Assembly (NCBI GenBank): GCA_951406725.2
Contig: OX597819.1
Span: 68,882,001-68,946,000 of the forward strand
Length of the DNA: 64,000 nt
From: Octopus vulgaris
Taxonomy: Eukaryota
Direction: 5' to 3'
Part shown: positions 1 to 13,950 of the stretch, in pieces
How the letters are laid out: each line of letters opens with the position of its first letter
Numbering within the stretch: the first letter of the stretch is position 1
Made by a program: the position numbers and the translations under genes
The notes under the pieces: model-generated
The model's database searches: none
What the model saw: the letters and a program-made list of their open reading frames with translations, nothing else
What the model was told of the DNA's origin: nothing

Positions 1-545
1 CACATACACACATATATATATATATATATAAATAAATACATGTATATATATAAATATATATAAATACATGTATATAAACATATATATAAATACATTATAT
101 ATATACATATATATACGTTCTTACTCATACACCCAAACGCACCCATACATACGTTTATATTTAATTTGAAATATGGGTATGACGCATAAAATGTGATTCA
201 TTTGCAGACATAAGGAGCAGCTCTATCTTTATGAGTTTACGTTGGCTGCAATAATTTATTAGGAACTTATGTAATCAAGACGAAAACATCGACTATCACA
301 AGGTAGTATATTTTCCTTATGGTTTCTGCAAAATCATTCCTATAGATATTGTTAAAGGTATTTAAGGGAAAAATGCTGTATTATCTGCAATTTATATTAT
401 ATAATATTAATCAAATTTTCTCTACTGTCGTCCACAGCGTTATGTCTTCAATCAAGTTATATTATCCAATATGAAACAAGTTATTAAATTATTGTATTAC
501 CGCCATTTTCTTACTATTATCTTCGTGTAAATATAAGCAAGCATA

Positions 546-640
<95 letters not shown>

Positions 641-1350
641 ATATGAGTGTATCTGTATGTATGTGTGTGTGTATGTATGCGTATATACTAATGTAATGCA
701 GCAATGTGTGTGTGTATTTGTGTTAATATGTAGGAATATATTAGCTTGTATTGTTTGTGTGTTTTGTTTCGCAAGGCTTGTCCGTTACCATACATCAATT
801 CATGTAGCATTGTCTATATGTTTCGGTATGCACGAACATACTGGCGTATATAATTACATTTACGGCGTGTCTGTGTATGCATGCTTATGAACGCTTCCTC
901 TAATGTATGTACGTATATGTGTAAAAAGTGATTGCACGTCGCCTGTTATTTAACGTGTTGTATTCAGGATCGCGCGATCGTCGGTTTGATTCCCAAAGCG
1001 AACAATACGTTCTATTAATGGGCAAAACACTTCATTCACGTTCCGACACAATCACTTCGACACCAGACATGTGGTAACTGTAAAGGGCATGTTGATATGA
1101 AGGAGGGAATGAGTCGATGGATTACATAAGAATTTAATCATTACAAACAAATCATTTGTTCCGATTGTCCAAGATGAAATTTCGTAAGCCTCAATTATCA
1201 TCTAAGAGAGGTGAACGACACTATAGTAATATAAACGTACATAGATGATGCGATTTATGTACTCTGCTATGGATCCAGTACTAACTAGGGCGTATATAAA
1301 CACTTATATGTACTTTCATACATAAGATATACATGCGAACATTTGTACAA

Positions 1351-1430
<80 letters not shown>

Positions 1431-1432
<2 letters not shown>

Positions 1433-1579
1433 ACGGAGTAAACACATAAATGTGAAACAAGGGGAAAAAGTACTCAAATACCAGAGGTAGAGTAATATGC
1501 TTTTTTTAAAAGCAGCAAAAATTGAACAAAAGCTGTTACTCGGAGTTTCACGTTCCCGTTCGTCGCACAGTTTTGTTTT

Positions 1580-1580
<1 letters not shown>
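1431..1580 (-). mobile_element. Short Penelope-like (pLTR-derived) repeat inserted in (TA)n, with a degenerate hammerhead motif
   Basis: About 150 bp of non-repetitive sequence flanked by (TA)n on both sides. Minus strand 1570->1533 reads ctgt-GCGACGA-acg-ggaa-cgt-GAAA-ctccgag-TA-acag, the topology of a type I hammerhead with an altered CUGANGA core. Confidence 0.5.
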
Positions 1581-1638
<58 letters not shown>

Positions 1639-2064
1639 AGGAGTGAGGTAAAGAGATGATGCTATGTTTCGTGATAGAACATTCGACACAAAAAGTACAC
1701 CATCTGATGAGAGATAAACGTTATTTTTTTCAAGGATAAAATACACGCTTTTAATTGCTACTAATAGTTTTGAAATATCTCAAACATATTCTCAGGCACA
1801 AACCACATATCATACGTATGAATGTATGCATGTATGTATTTATGTAAATGTAGGTATGTATGTATAGATGTATATATTTATCTATGTATGTATAACTTTT
1901 AATTGGTACAAGACATAATGCAGTCGAGAATATTTTGCATGGTAACATATATATGCCAATGAAAAGCAATATGTGTGTGTGTTTGTGTGTGTTGTGTGTG
2001 TGTGCGTATGTGTGTGTGTGTGTGCGTATGTGTGTGTGTGTGTGTAGATAGACATACATATAAA

Positions 2065-2073
2065 CAGACAGAC

Positions 2074-2129
<56 letters not shown>

Positions 2130-2160
2130 GGAAAGATAGATAGATGGAAAGATATATAGA
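2065..2160. repeat. (GACA)/(GATA)n microsatellite
   Basis: Tandem gata units directly visible. Confidence 0.95.
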
Positions 2161-2208
2161 TGGGAGAACATGATTGGTATAAGTGGTGTTTGGTGGAGAT
2201 ACTAAAAC

Positions 2209-2380
<172 letters not shown>

Positions 2381-4915
2381 GCTAAAATCGATGGCAATAG
2401 TTTGTTCTGGTTTTCGTTGTCTTTTTTCTCTTTGGGAACAAATATTACATATATTATTTCATTATTGTCGCTTTCCAACATAAGGTATTCTTACAGTATA
2501 ACAATATATAACAGATCTGAAAGTCGATCGCTTCAAACGATTATAATACATTTATAGAAATTTATGGATAACTGATAATGGTAGCAGTCATAATCGTCAA
2601 CTTTATTGTTATTATCAATGAATTAATACACACATACACACGTATATTTCAACATAAACATATATATCTGTGTATGTGAACAAGTATGTGTTTGTTGGGT
2701 GTGGGTGTATAATTATGAATCTATGTGTGTGTATATAATTATATACATATGTTTGTGTGTATGTATATATACATGTACAAATTTATATATATTCAGATAT
2801 ACACATACTTATATGCATATGCACACACACACATATACACACATTATGTATGCAAACATATACGCTTACTAACACACTAAATACAGTGTTTGTACGTATG
2901 TTTGATGATATACATATATCTCAATATGTGTGTATATATATATATATATATACACATACATATATATATATATATATATAGCAGTATATATGTATATATA
3001 TTAAGTGGTACAGAGAAATAAGACTCAATTATTTATTCATTTATTTATTTATTTATTTATTTGTTACTGTTGTTGTTATCATTATTATTATTTATTGTTT
3101 TCTATTTTCTTTCTTTCTTTCTTTCTTTTTTCGAGAGTAATTATTTAGTGATCAGACGGAATGCGAATTCTCTGATGTACTTCTTCAGATGTTTCGGCTG
3201 TGACTCCGACTGTAGTTACATAGGCGTGACTAATGTAAAAGCATCATTTGATAAATGCTAGAGATGTAGAAATATTTGCTTTGTTTATTTGTAATTTCGA
3301 ATCAACTATAAACGGATGTTGTTGTCATTGCTCCTGCTGCCGCTGTTTTTTTTTTGTTTTTTTCTTATTTTCTTTCTTGTTTTTCTTTCTTTTGTATACT
3401 GTTTTCGTTGAAACGGAAAGTGCCGCGAACAGAAGAAATAAATAGGACGCCAGGCAGAAATGTTTTCAGTTGTTTCTTTACGACCGCTTACCCTCTGAGT
3501 TCACATAGGAGGTGTGGCATTTTTTGCTTTATTAATATCGATATATAGCTTATATAAAGTAACAGTTTCTCTTGCCTTATCTCTTGCGTTATTCGTGTTT
3601 TGCAACTATCTGAATCTCTCGCTAGCTACGACCATAATTTAAATGCCAGTATCCTTATATGTTATGTTATTAATATGCGAGAAAGTCGAAAATGTATTCC
3701 TTTCTTTCCGCTTTCATCAGCTTTCTCAAACACATCTCTTGCATGTCATAGGAAAAGTTAATCTCTTGTATTCTCTGAGGTTCTCTATTTCACTGACTTC
3801 CTGTCTTTCTGAAGCAAACTATTAACAAGGGAGGGCTATGTGGATGTAGCTACATGTGACACAAAATATGGTCTTGTATATCTTTTATCTTTTACATACT
3901 TCAGTCATTAGACTGCGTCCAATTTACTTCCCGAGATTACGACCATGAAAAAGTATACGTCATACCTTACCGGTAGCACTCGAAAGTGAGTGGCCTGACT
4001 TAATATTATGTTGTCATATACACACGCACTCACAAGGTAGAATTGTGGATTTATACGCGTGTCTCATGAATAAAAAAAATAATCTTCAAGTCTCTAGTAA
4101 ATAAATAAACTATTTTGCGTCATTTTGCTTGGTTCTTCTTCGAGATAGAAAATACGTTATCGTTTCTTGTAAAGCTGATCTTCCGTGCAGCATTGTTCAA
4201 GTACATGTCGAATTCTTTTTGGATATATAGTTGCCTGAAAATCCTTCAAAAGGAAAATCCCACTGGAGGCAAAATTTGGAAAATGCATCGGATTAGAGGT
4301 TTGTGAAAGATGCTGGTTCTCAGAGAGCAATCTCATCTCTCCCGTTTATCAGGCCTCATATTTTGGGCATTTCTGCGAATAAAGTCAACAATGGTATGTC
4401 ACTTTTAGAGTATCAGTTACCACAGAACAGAAATCGAATAAATACTTTAATGGACGTAATGTTACAATGAATTGTTCTTGTGAAAACGTCGTTGGCCCCA
4501 TAATAGTCCCCAATCAGAACTATATATTGACAATTGTTAAAGTTTATCTAATTGTCGGTTCAGACAATGTTCGTGTAGAAAAGGATTGGTGTACGATACC
4601 TGAGCGTATCCAGTGATTACACTCAGACTACCCACAGTATTTAAACGTAAAACGCTGCGGATGTTTCTGAGCCACTTTTCAACCAGCGTTTGTAATTGAT
4701 CACATTCAGGTAAGTGAAGCGATAGGAAATTGAAAAATAGAAAAAAACACCCAAGCACACAGCTCACAGCCGGACGGAGAACAGTATCTAGTCCATGAAT
4801 ATGAAACGAGATCGTGTTATCACCTGACAACAGTGCACGTCTCTCTCTCTCTACCTCTCTCCCTCCCTCTCTCTCTCTATATATATATGTATACATATAT
4901 ATACACACATGTATG

Positions 4916-4946
<31 letters not shown>

Positions 4947-5036
4947 TTATACACACACACACATACATACATATATAAGGATGAGAGAAAAAGGAATAAA
5001 GATAGACAGAAAAATGTGTGTGAGTATGTGTATATG

Positions 5037-5102
<66 letters not shown>

Positions 5103-5311
5103 CTCAGATAGCAGAAACACAGGTATCTGCTCACACATACATACTAACACACACGCACAATAATATATATGTATGTATGTGTGTATGTATGTTTTTGTAT
5201 TATGTATAAATTATGTCCGTTGCGATACGAATTCATACACGCGTGCTCGCGTGTATGTGTGTGTTGATAGAGACACATATACATATATATATACGTGCTA
5301 GAGATGTAGAA

Positions 5312-5368
<57 letters not shown>

Positions 5369-5384
5369 CGTGCTAGAGATGTAG

Positions 5385-5461
<77 letters not shown>

Positions 5462-6216
5462 TACTAATATATGTACCTGTAGGTTTTATATCAACAAAAT
5501 ATCTACTGAAATTGGGAAGATGTAAAAATACAAAAGAAAGCACAATGAAAAATTTTATAAAAATAGAATTGAATCACGCTTGAAATTTAATTTCTGAACA
5601 TCGTTGATGCTATTAGTTCAATTTAATATTGTTTTATGTTTTCAAGCTAGTTGTATGATCCAATACATCCTGACATCGTGTTCCTGAAATATTTTCTGTT
5701 ATATGATTTCCATTAATTAAAAATGCAAAAACAAAAAAAAGACAATGAAATACGTGGAAAATATATTAAATTGCGTTAACTAAAAATAGCATGAATAAAA
5801 GTATAAAGTAGAAACACATATTTTCTTTTTTTAAATCTCTTAACAAAAACTTCCATCTAATTAAACGTTGAAAGTCTTGCTTTATCCTCAAAATGGCGGC
5901 AGATGCTCTACGCCATGTTTGATGTTTTAAATTCATATCCCTTTGCGAGTGAAAAACTCTAAACTCTAAGACTTAGCGAAGAAAGAGATACGGTCATGTC
6001 GTAATAGTGCGGAATCCCTTATTAAAGATTGGAAATATCCATTCAGTGGTTGATATACATTTCTTTAAAGCAAATCGTGGTAAATGGCATCATAACTCAC
6101 CTCAAACCATAAGAGTTAAGCTATTTGTGCAAATCCATTAGCGGCGAAATGCCTGTAACAGGCCCACGAGGTTAGCTTTTGAAACGGAATTAGTCAGCTG
6201 CAAAATTTATAATAAT

Positions 6217-6627
6217 TTACTCTTTCCCTATTTACATGTTTCAGTCATTATACCTCAACCATGCTGGGGCACCGCCTTGCAGAATTTTTAGTCGAAAGAA
6301 TTTACACCATTACTTATTGTTTATTTTTTAAAACCTGTTAGTTACTGTGTCAGATTCTTTTGCCAAACCAGTAAGTTACTAAGTTACCCGGTGCGCAAAC
6401 GAGACAGAATCACAACTCAAACACACCACACACACACACACATACACGCCCGCGCACAAACGCACGCACACATACTCACACATGCACGCGCAACGGGTTT
6501 CTCCCTGTTTCTGTCTAACAAATCCATTCACAAGGTTTTGGTGGTCTTATATTGGAAGACATTTGCTTAAAGTGACTGAGCATGCGATCTGAAAGCAAGT
6601 TTCTTACCTCACACTCATGCCTGCGCC
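6217..6627 (-). mobile_element. tRNA-derived SINE family A, diverged copy
   Basis: Reverse-complement similarity to 9243-9662 (tail tttcagtcatt...ccatgctgg, internal CA repeat, head ...gcctgcgcc). Confidence 0.75.
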
Positions 6628-6847
6628 TAAACGTTGGTGCATCTAACACTTTTAGTTATTACTCGCACAATCAATAGATACTAGTAGGAAATCAACAAGT
6701 AACCGACATCTGACTATTCCGTATCTTGTTCAGTTCTCTGGTATCTTTCACCTTCTCTACTTCTATATCTCTCAATATGGTTCTCAGTATATTGGTATCT
6801 TTCTTTTCTTCTTACTTGTTGCAGTCAGCAATAAAAACATCCATTGT

Positions 6848-6990
6848 TGGTAAGTAGCTTGCTTACCAACCACATGGTTCCGGGTTCAGTTACATTGCGT
6901 GGTGCCTTGAGCAAATGTCTTCTCCTATAGCCTCGGGCCGACCAAAGCCTTGTGTGTGGATTTGTTACACGGAAACTAAAAGAAGCCCAT

Positions 6991-7044
<54 letters not shown>

Positions 7045-7272
7045 TATGTATGTATGTATGTATGTATGTGTATACTTGTGTGTCTGTGTTTGTCACTCCA
7101 ACATCGTCTGACAACCGATGCTGGTGTGTTTACGTTTCCGTTACGTAGCATTTCGGTAAAAGAGCCCGATAGAATAAGTAGGCTTACAAATAATAAGTCC
7201 TGGGGACGATTTGATCGACTACAGGCGGTGCTCCAGCATGGCCGCAGTCAAATAACTGAAGCAAATACAAGA
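6848..7272 (+). mobile_element. tRNA-derived SINE family A, slightly 5'-truncated
   Basis: tggtaagtagcttgcttaccaaccacatggttccgggttcag (B-box-like), ccttgagcaa core, internal (TA)n, tail ggcggtgctccagcatggccgcagtcaaat. Confidence 0.9.
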
Positions 7273-8019
7273 ATATATATATATATATACAATGTATATA
7301 CAATGTATTCGGGTATTTGTGTATACATATACGACTAGGTGAATAAACCAAATTAAGGAGAACGTAACATAGTGGAAACGGAATGTACTATGTACAAGGT
7401 TAGCTCAGCTCTACGCTATTGAAATTAACGGCTGGTATCGATTTTATTTATTTGATCGAGCAGATATATACCAGAAATTACTTTTTTAAGAGTAAGTCAA
7501 TTACTAATAGGCACAGTTTTTTTTTTTTCTTATTAAAGAGGGCATAAGAAAAATAGGATCCAGACTTGGAGTAAAAGAGGAGGAAAATGGATTAGGAATA
7601 GGAAAGCGAAATATGTCATAGGCATTTGTTTGCGGAACATCTAATTTAATGGGATTGAAAGAAACCAGCAAAAGTACACAAAGCCGAGCGAGCGCGCACG
7701 CACAGATTATATGCGACGGGTTTCCACACAATTTCTTTCTAATGCATTTGCTCACTAGGAAGACATCTGCCCAGGTGCTCCCCAATATTGGACTGACTGC
7801 TTCTCTAAATATACCTACTATTATAGTCAAAAGTCCTGTAATCCAGTGCACGGTTATATTTTTATTTATTTATCGGCCAACTCGGCTGAAGTTGAACTCA
7901 CACCGCAAAGAACCGGAAGAAATCCCACCGTGTATTTTGTCCCACATACAACTGATTCAACCAAATCGCCGGTTTCAGTGTTTTTCTCGCTATAAAACTG
8001 GCAATTACAGTGATACTTA

Positions 8020-8175
8020 CACACATACATACATACATACATACATACATACATACATGCATACATACATACATACATACATACATACATGCATACATAC
8101 ATACATACATACATACATACATACATACATACATACATACATACATACAAACATACATACATACATACATACATA
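8020..8175. repeat. (TACA)n microsatellite
   Basis: Directly visible. Confidence 0.95.
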
Positions 8176-8177
8176 TA

Positions 8178-8473
8178 TCTTTTATCGTTCTTCTATATCT
8201 TATTTGTTTCAGTAATTAAACTGCAGCCATACTGGAGCAACACCTTCAAGAAATTTTAGTAGAATAAATCAACCCCAGCACTTGTAATTTTTTTAAGGCC
8301 GGTATTTATTCTATCAACCACTTTTGGCAGATCGTTAAATTACTGGGACATAAACACACCAACACCGATTGTCAAGCTGTGCTAGCGGACAAAAACAGAC
8401 ACAAAGACACATATTGGCCATATATGTCCATACACACACACACACATACATACATACATACATATATACATAT

Positions 8474-8505
<32 letters not shown>

Positions 8506-8922
8506 GCATATATATATATATATATGCGACGGGTTTCCACACAATTTCTTTCTAATGCATTTCCAATCTTTAATAAGGGATTCCGCACTATTACGACATG
8601 ACCGTATCTCTTTCTTCGCTAAGTCTTAGAGTTTAGAGTTTTTCACTCGCAAAGGGATATGAATTTAAAACATCATACAAGAATATATATATATATACAA
8701 TGTATATACAATATATATATGGCGTGTATATATATATATATATACAATGTATATACAATATATATATGGCGTGCGTCTTTCAGTTTCTACCTGCAAAATC
8801 CACTCACAAGGCTTTGGCCGGCTATAGTAGACTACAGTTGAAGGCAGTTGCCTAAAGTTCCACGCCGTGGAATTGAACCCAGAACCATGTGGTTGAGGTG
8901 GATGTTTCTTGTCTCAAGGCCT
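8178..8922 (-). mobile_element. SINE family A copy interrupted by locally templated insertions
   Basis: Tail at ~8178-8405 and head at ~8768-8922 match family A; 8521-8773 is copied from nearby loci. Confidence 0.75.
8559..8675 (-). repeat. 117-bp exact inverted duplicate of 5920-6036
   Basis: Base-by-base reverse-complement identity. Confidence 0.95.
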
Positions 8923-9242
8923 CGTCTTACAAATTTTCAAATGTTTAAGGCAGAAACATAACCACAATCTTTCACCATATTTCCTGAAATAATTAAATTT
9001 AAATACATATTCAGCATTTTTTATCTCATCAGGGTATCAGATAAGCAGTCCAACTTAAACATTTGATGCACGCCGACCTATATATGGTGATAATTACTGT
9101 GATGCACTGTTATTACATCCTTCTAAGCTACACATTTCTCACAATGTAATTATATTATCGCATCTGAATGGCATAAAAGATGTACAGTTGTGTTCGACGC
9201 ACCCCAGTTTCACTGGCACATATTCAGGGAAAGTGAGTGTTA

Positions 9243-9406
9243 GGTGTGGGAGTGGCTGTGTGGTAAGTAGTTTTCTTAACAACCACACGGTCCTGGGTTC
9301 AGTCCCACTGCGTGGCAACTTGCGCAAGTTTTTTCTACAATAGTCTCGGGCCGACCAAAGACTTGTGAGTGGATTTGGTAGACGGAAACTGAAAGAAGAC
9401 CGTCGA

Positions 9407-9452
<46 letters not shown>

Positions 9453-9662
9453 TTGTGTGTATGTATTTGTCCACCCAACATCGCTTGACAACCGATGCTG
9501 GTGTGTTTACGAACCCGTAACTTAGCGGTTCGGCAAAAGACACCGACAGAATGAGTACTATGCTTACAGAGAATAAGTCTTGGGGTCGATTTGCTCGACT
9601 AAACGCGGTGCTCTAGCATGGCAACAGTCAAATGACTGAAACGAGTAAAAGAGTAAAAGAGA
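9243..9662 (+). mobile_element. tRNA-derived SINE family A, full length
   Basis: A-box-like tggctgtgtgg, B-box-like gggttcagtcc, internal (TA)n(TG)n, 3' tandem gagtaaaa tail; many homologues in this window. Confidence 0.92.
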
Positions 9663-10731
9663 GTTTGGGGCAATATTAGTTCAAAGGCGATAGAATTTTG
9701 CAAAAATTCTACATCATATATCCCATCAAATACAGGAATATACGTTTCTCTTTATGACAAAATAGTAACATTATTCGGCACGATTGGTTAATCCACCAAT
9801 GTGTAGAGTAATCCGACCAACGAGTTCACCTCATCCCTCACGAATGCTGGTCACAATCGACAGCCAGCTTGTAAGTTTTTGAAAAGCTCTACTAGGAGAT
9901 CAAGCATGTCGCATAGCGTTGACACCATAGCTGTAATCGTTATTCGGGGTTCAAGTATAGGATTCATGTTCGAATGTTCTATGCTTGAAATATAAAGTCT
10001 TATAAATGAGACATCAGAAGTTATAGTCATCTTTTGCTAAAACCCATGTTAGGTGCTTCATTCAACATTGCAAAATTGAAATTTATGAGTCACATTTGCA
10101 GCGCTTGAGCGTCCAATTACCCCAGTAAAGTTTATAATAACTCACAGCAATCTATATGTGCAGGAGCTCAAGGCAAGGACTGAAAATAATAAATTATTTC
10201 AAATACGATTGGTATATATTTGAAATTTTTAAGGTTTTTTCACTGCAAGTTTTACTCAGGACGAAAAACGTTTCCTTTTTGACAACTAGGTGTTCCAAGA
10301 CCGTAGTCAGCTCAGTGTCCCTTCTACGAGTATGTAGATGCATTTCTAGTTCTTTAGCTTCATTCAGTACCCGATACTGAAACAATGAGAGCTTATGTTT
10401 CTTTATCAGAAATCATCAAATATTATCCTATCATTGCACGCGTTGTCCAGCAGACCACAGCAAAAATATGGGCTGGTGAGTGCACGGTAAACCTGCAGTG
10501 AAAAGACTTCACAGGTGCGAATACGTCCCAAATATATTTGACATGAAGTAAAGTTTGATTATATCATCTGAACATGTCACGGTACCTTTAAAAGGTACCC
10601 TTGTGTCAGGATACAAATTCCTATGCCTTCATATGTTTCATTTATTATATACGAAACATAAAACGTTTGATGATTGACGAAGAAACGTTTCTATATATGT
10701 GTGTGTGACACATATTATGGGGAAATGATGG

Positions 10732-10971
10732 ATTTCAAAGGGTCAGACTTGTCACACTCTGTGTTACGCTGAATCTCCTTGAGAACTACGTTAAGGGTAC
10801 ACGTGTCTGTGGAGTGGTCAGTCACTTGCACGTAATTTCACGAACAGGCCCTTCCGTTGATCGGATCAACTGGAACACTCGTCGTCATAACCGACGGAGT
10901 GTCACCATACACACATACACACATACACACACACACAGACGCACACATACACACACACACACACACACTCA

Positions 10972-11032
<61 letters not shown>

Positions 11033-11149
11033 GTGTGTGTGTGAGTACTTCGGTGCGCGTGAATACGTGTTAATGTGCGCGTACATATATATATACATGT
11101 CTGAGTGTGTATCTCTCTATCAACCCATACACACACAAATACACAGACA
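10732..11149 (+). repeat. Left arm of inverted duplication (SINE C 3' part plus flank); partner at 13639-14128
   Basis: Reverse-complement match that includes the non-SINE flank gagtacttcggtgcgcgtgaatacgtg...caacccatac. Confidence 0.9.
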
Positions 11150-13356
11150 GTAAATGACAGCTAGATGTTATTGTCTAGAAACTGTCCCCACCACAAAAAA
11201 ATACTCCGTATTTTGTTGAAATTTGAACTCAGAATACGCTGTGACTCCCAGACCAAATAAAATATTGGAGACCCAGTGCCTAGGTCCTACATAGTCGTAC
11301 GATATTCTATATACATCAGACTCAACTCCATCAAATTAAACATAATCATGTACTGTCTTAAAGAAGTCTGAAAATCATACGCGATGATCATTGATGAGAG
11401 AATACTATTGAACAGAGATCAAAGCATTGATTAAGGATGATATAGGCTCTGAGTTGACTTGCCTGTCAAAGAAGAGTCGCAAGGTTTCATCTGCGTATCG
11501 GAAAAGGCGACCAAAATTGGCTGAACTAGGATTTGCACTCCCACATCGCAAAATCCTCATCAGCAACGACTATCTCAATGGAGATCCATGGGTTGGAGGG
11601 ATTGTCACTCAAATGGTGCGAAGTCGTCATCCGCCAAGAGTAGAAAGTTGTCAAAAACGCTGGATGCAGTAACGCGCTGTTACTGATTATACTAGTACTA
11701 CTAGTACTGCTGCTGCTGCCACTACTACTGCGGCTGCTGTTGCTTCTAGGATTAACCAACAATAACACCAATTATGTAGTCGCTAACGTGTGAAAGTTTT
11801 ATGTATATATAATCGGTTAACTGACTCTATGTTTGACCTCCGTTTTAAATATACAAGCGTAGCCCAGTAAACAAATCTACTCTCCACACTAGAACATTGA
11901 CACCCCACACAGTGTTTAGATACATTGTATCATTGTATTACTTTCTTGGCAAAATTGCTAATCGAATTCCACCTCAACTCTTCCTTTTGCTGCAATTAAT
12001 TCTCAGAGTATAAACAGGATTTTTCCTTCTATTTTTATTTATTTACTCATATATTTTGCTCTTATTCTTAAGAAATATGAATAAGATTATGTGAGTGAAA
12101 GGTGTGAACTATCTGAATCAAACAAAAAAAATAAGTATATATAACGAAAATAAAAATAAAACATAGTTATATAAATAATGTAATAAAGTATTTAATGGAC
12201 AGTTAAAAGTTCTGCACAAATTTCATTTCGCAGCAATTTCATTAAAATATCTTACAGGATCTCCAACGAATGATTTATACCTGCCTTTTGAGTAATTTTG
12301 ATCACAATGGAGAAGTTCTCATCTATTTTCTCTTCCTCGCTATTAGTTATAAATTCTTTTTTTCATTTTAATATTATTTTTTTATGCTTCCTCAAGCGAT
12401 ATAAAGCGATTGTAGACTCCAGTCCATTGAGAATTTATGATTTAACTCTTCACGGTTAAATTCATTTTGCAAAATACGAATACAAATTCCTGTCTATGCA
12501 ATATTTTGGCTTGATTACAAAAGAGTTACAACACACGAAAAGAAGTTAATTATCTGATAGCGTCGTGTGTCGTCTATAAATTCAATTCACACCTAAACTG
12601 ATTTATTACATTTTCGATTTCATAGAAAAAAAAACTTTTTATAACACACTCTCCTAAATGACATTACAAACTCTTTTTGCCATTGTGTTCACTTCCTTGC
12701 GAATTTTATAGTTTACTTGAAAGTACACAAACCTTATTGTTACAAGGATTTTGAACAGGATTTATTATTATTCTCGATATTCTTTTATGCGAAGGAGTGT
12801 ATTCCTCAGGTATTAGAATGGATTTCCTTTGATTAGGTAGAAGGCCACCAAAGTTGAGGCGAATTGTCAATTATGAGCAAACACCATGTTATGAGTTGAG
12901 CAGAAAGCTAGATGACTGAAATGTCCAGTTAGATAGTTCGTACGCTGCCAACGGCGCTACAACCTGTCTATGAAACACAACTTTTATGTTTCACATTTAC
13001 TTATATATACATACGTACATACATACATGAATGCATACGTATATACGTACGTTTATACATACATATTTTTATATGTACATACATACATCCATACATACAT
13101 ACATCAATGCATGAGAATACATATATTCATGCATGTGTAAATAAATACATACACGAAAATGCATGCATGAATAAGACACAAATATATGCAGATGCATGCA
13201 GTCACTCCAGATATTGCACTCAGACACATAAACACGCAGAAACACCCTGTTGATGTTGTTGAAACTCCAATGAATTAGGTCGTGGGTCTGGGTTAGAAAG
13301 TGGCTCCTTCTCAATCGCCAATAAATCTTGAAATAAACTGAATAACTTACATATAT

Positions 13357-13411
<55 letters not shown>

Positions 13412-13755
13412 CATACATACATACAAACATACATACATATATACATATATACATACATACGTATATACATACATACAAACATACATATATACAAATATAC
13501 ATATATACATACATACTTACATAAATACATACATATGTAGGTACTTACATACCACATAATGCAAGTTTGTAAGGAATACCAAGGTGTCTACATAAGAGAT
13601 TCTTCAGAGGAGGGCATGCACACGCACACATGCACACATGTCTGTCTTTGTGTGGGTATGGGTTGATAGAGAGATACACACTCAGACATGTGTATATATA
13701 TATGTACGCGCACATTAACACGTATTCACGCGCACCGAAGTACTCACACACACAC

Positions 13756-13803
<48 letters not shown>

Positions 13804-13826
13804 GAGTGTGTGTGTGCATATGTGCG

Positions 13827-13859
<33 letters not shown>

Positions 13860-13950
13860 GTATATATATTATATATATATATACACACACATATATATAT
13901 AGATGAGTGTGTGTGTGTATGTGTGCGTCTGTGTGTGTGTGTGTGTGTGT

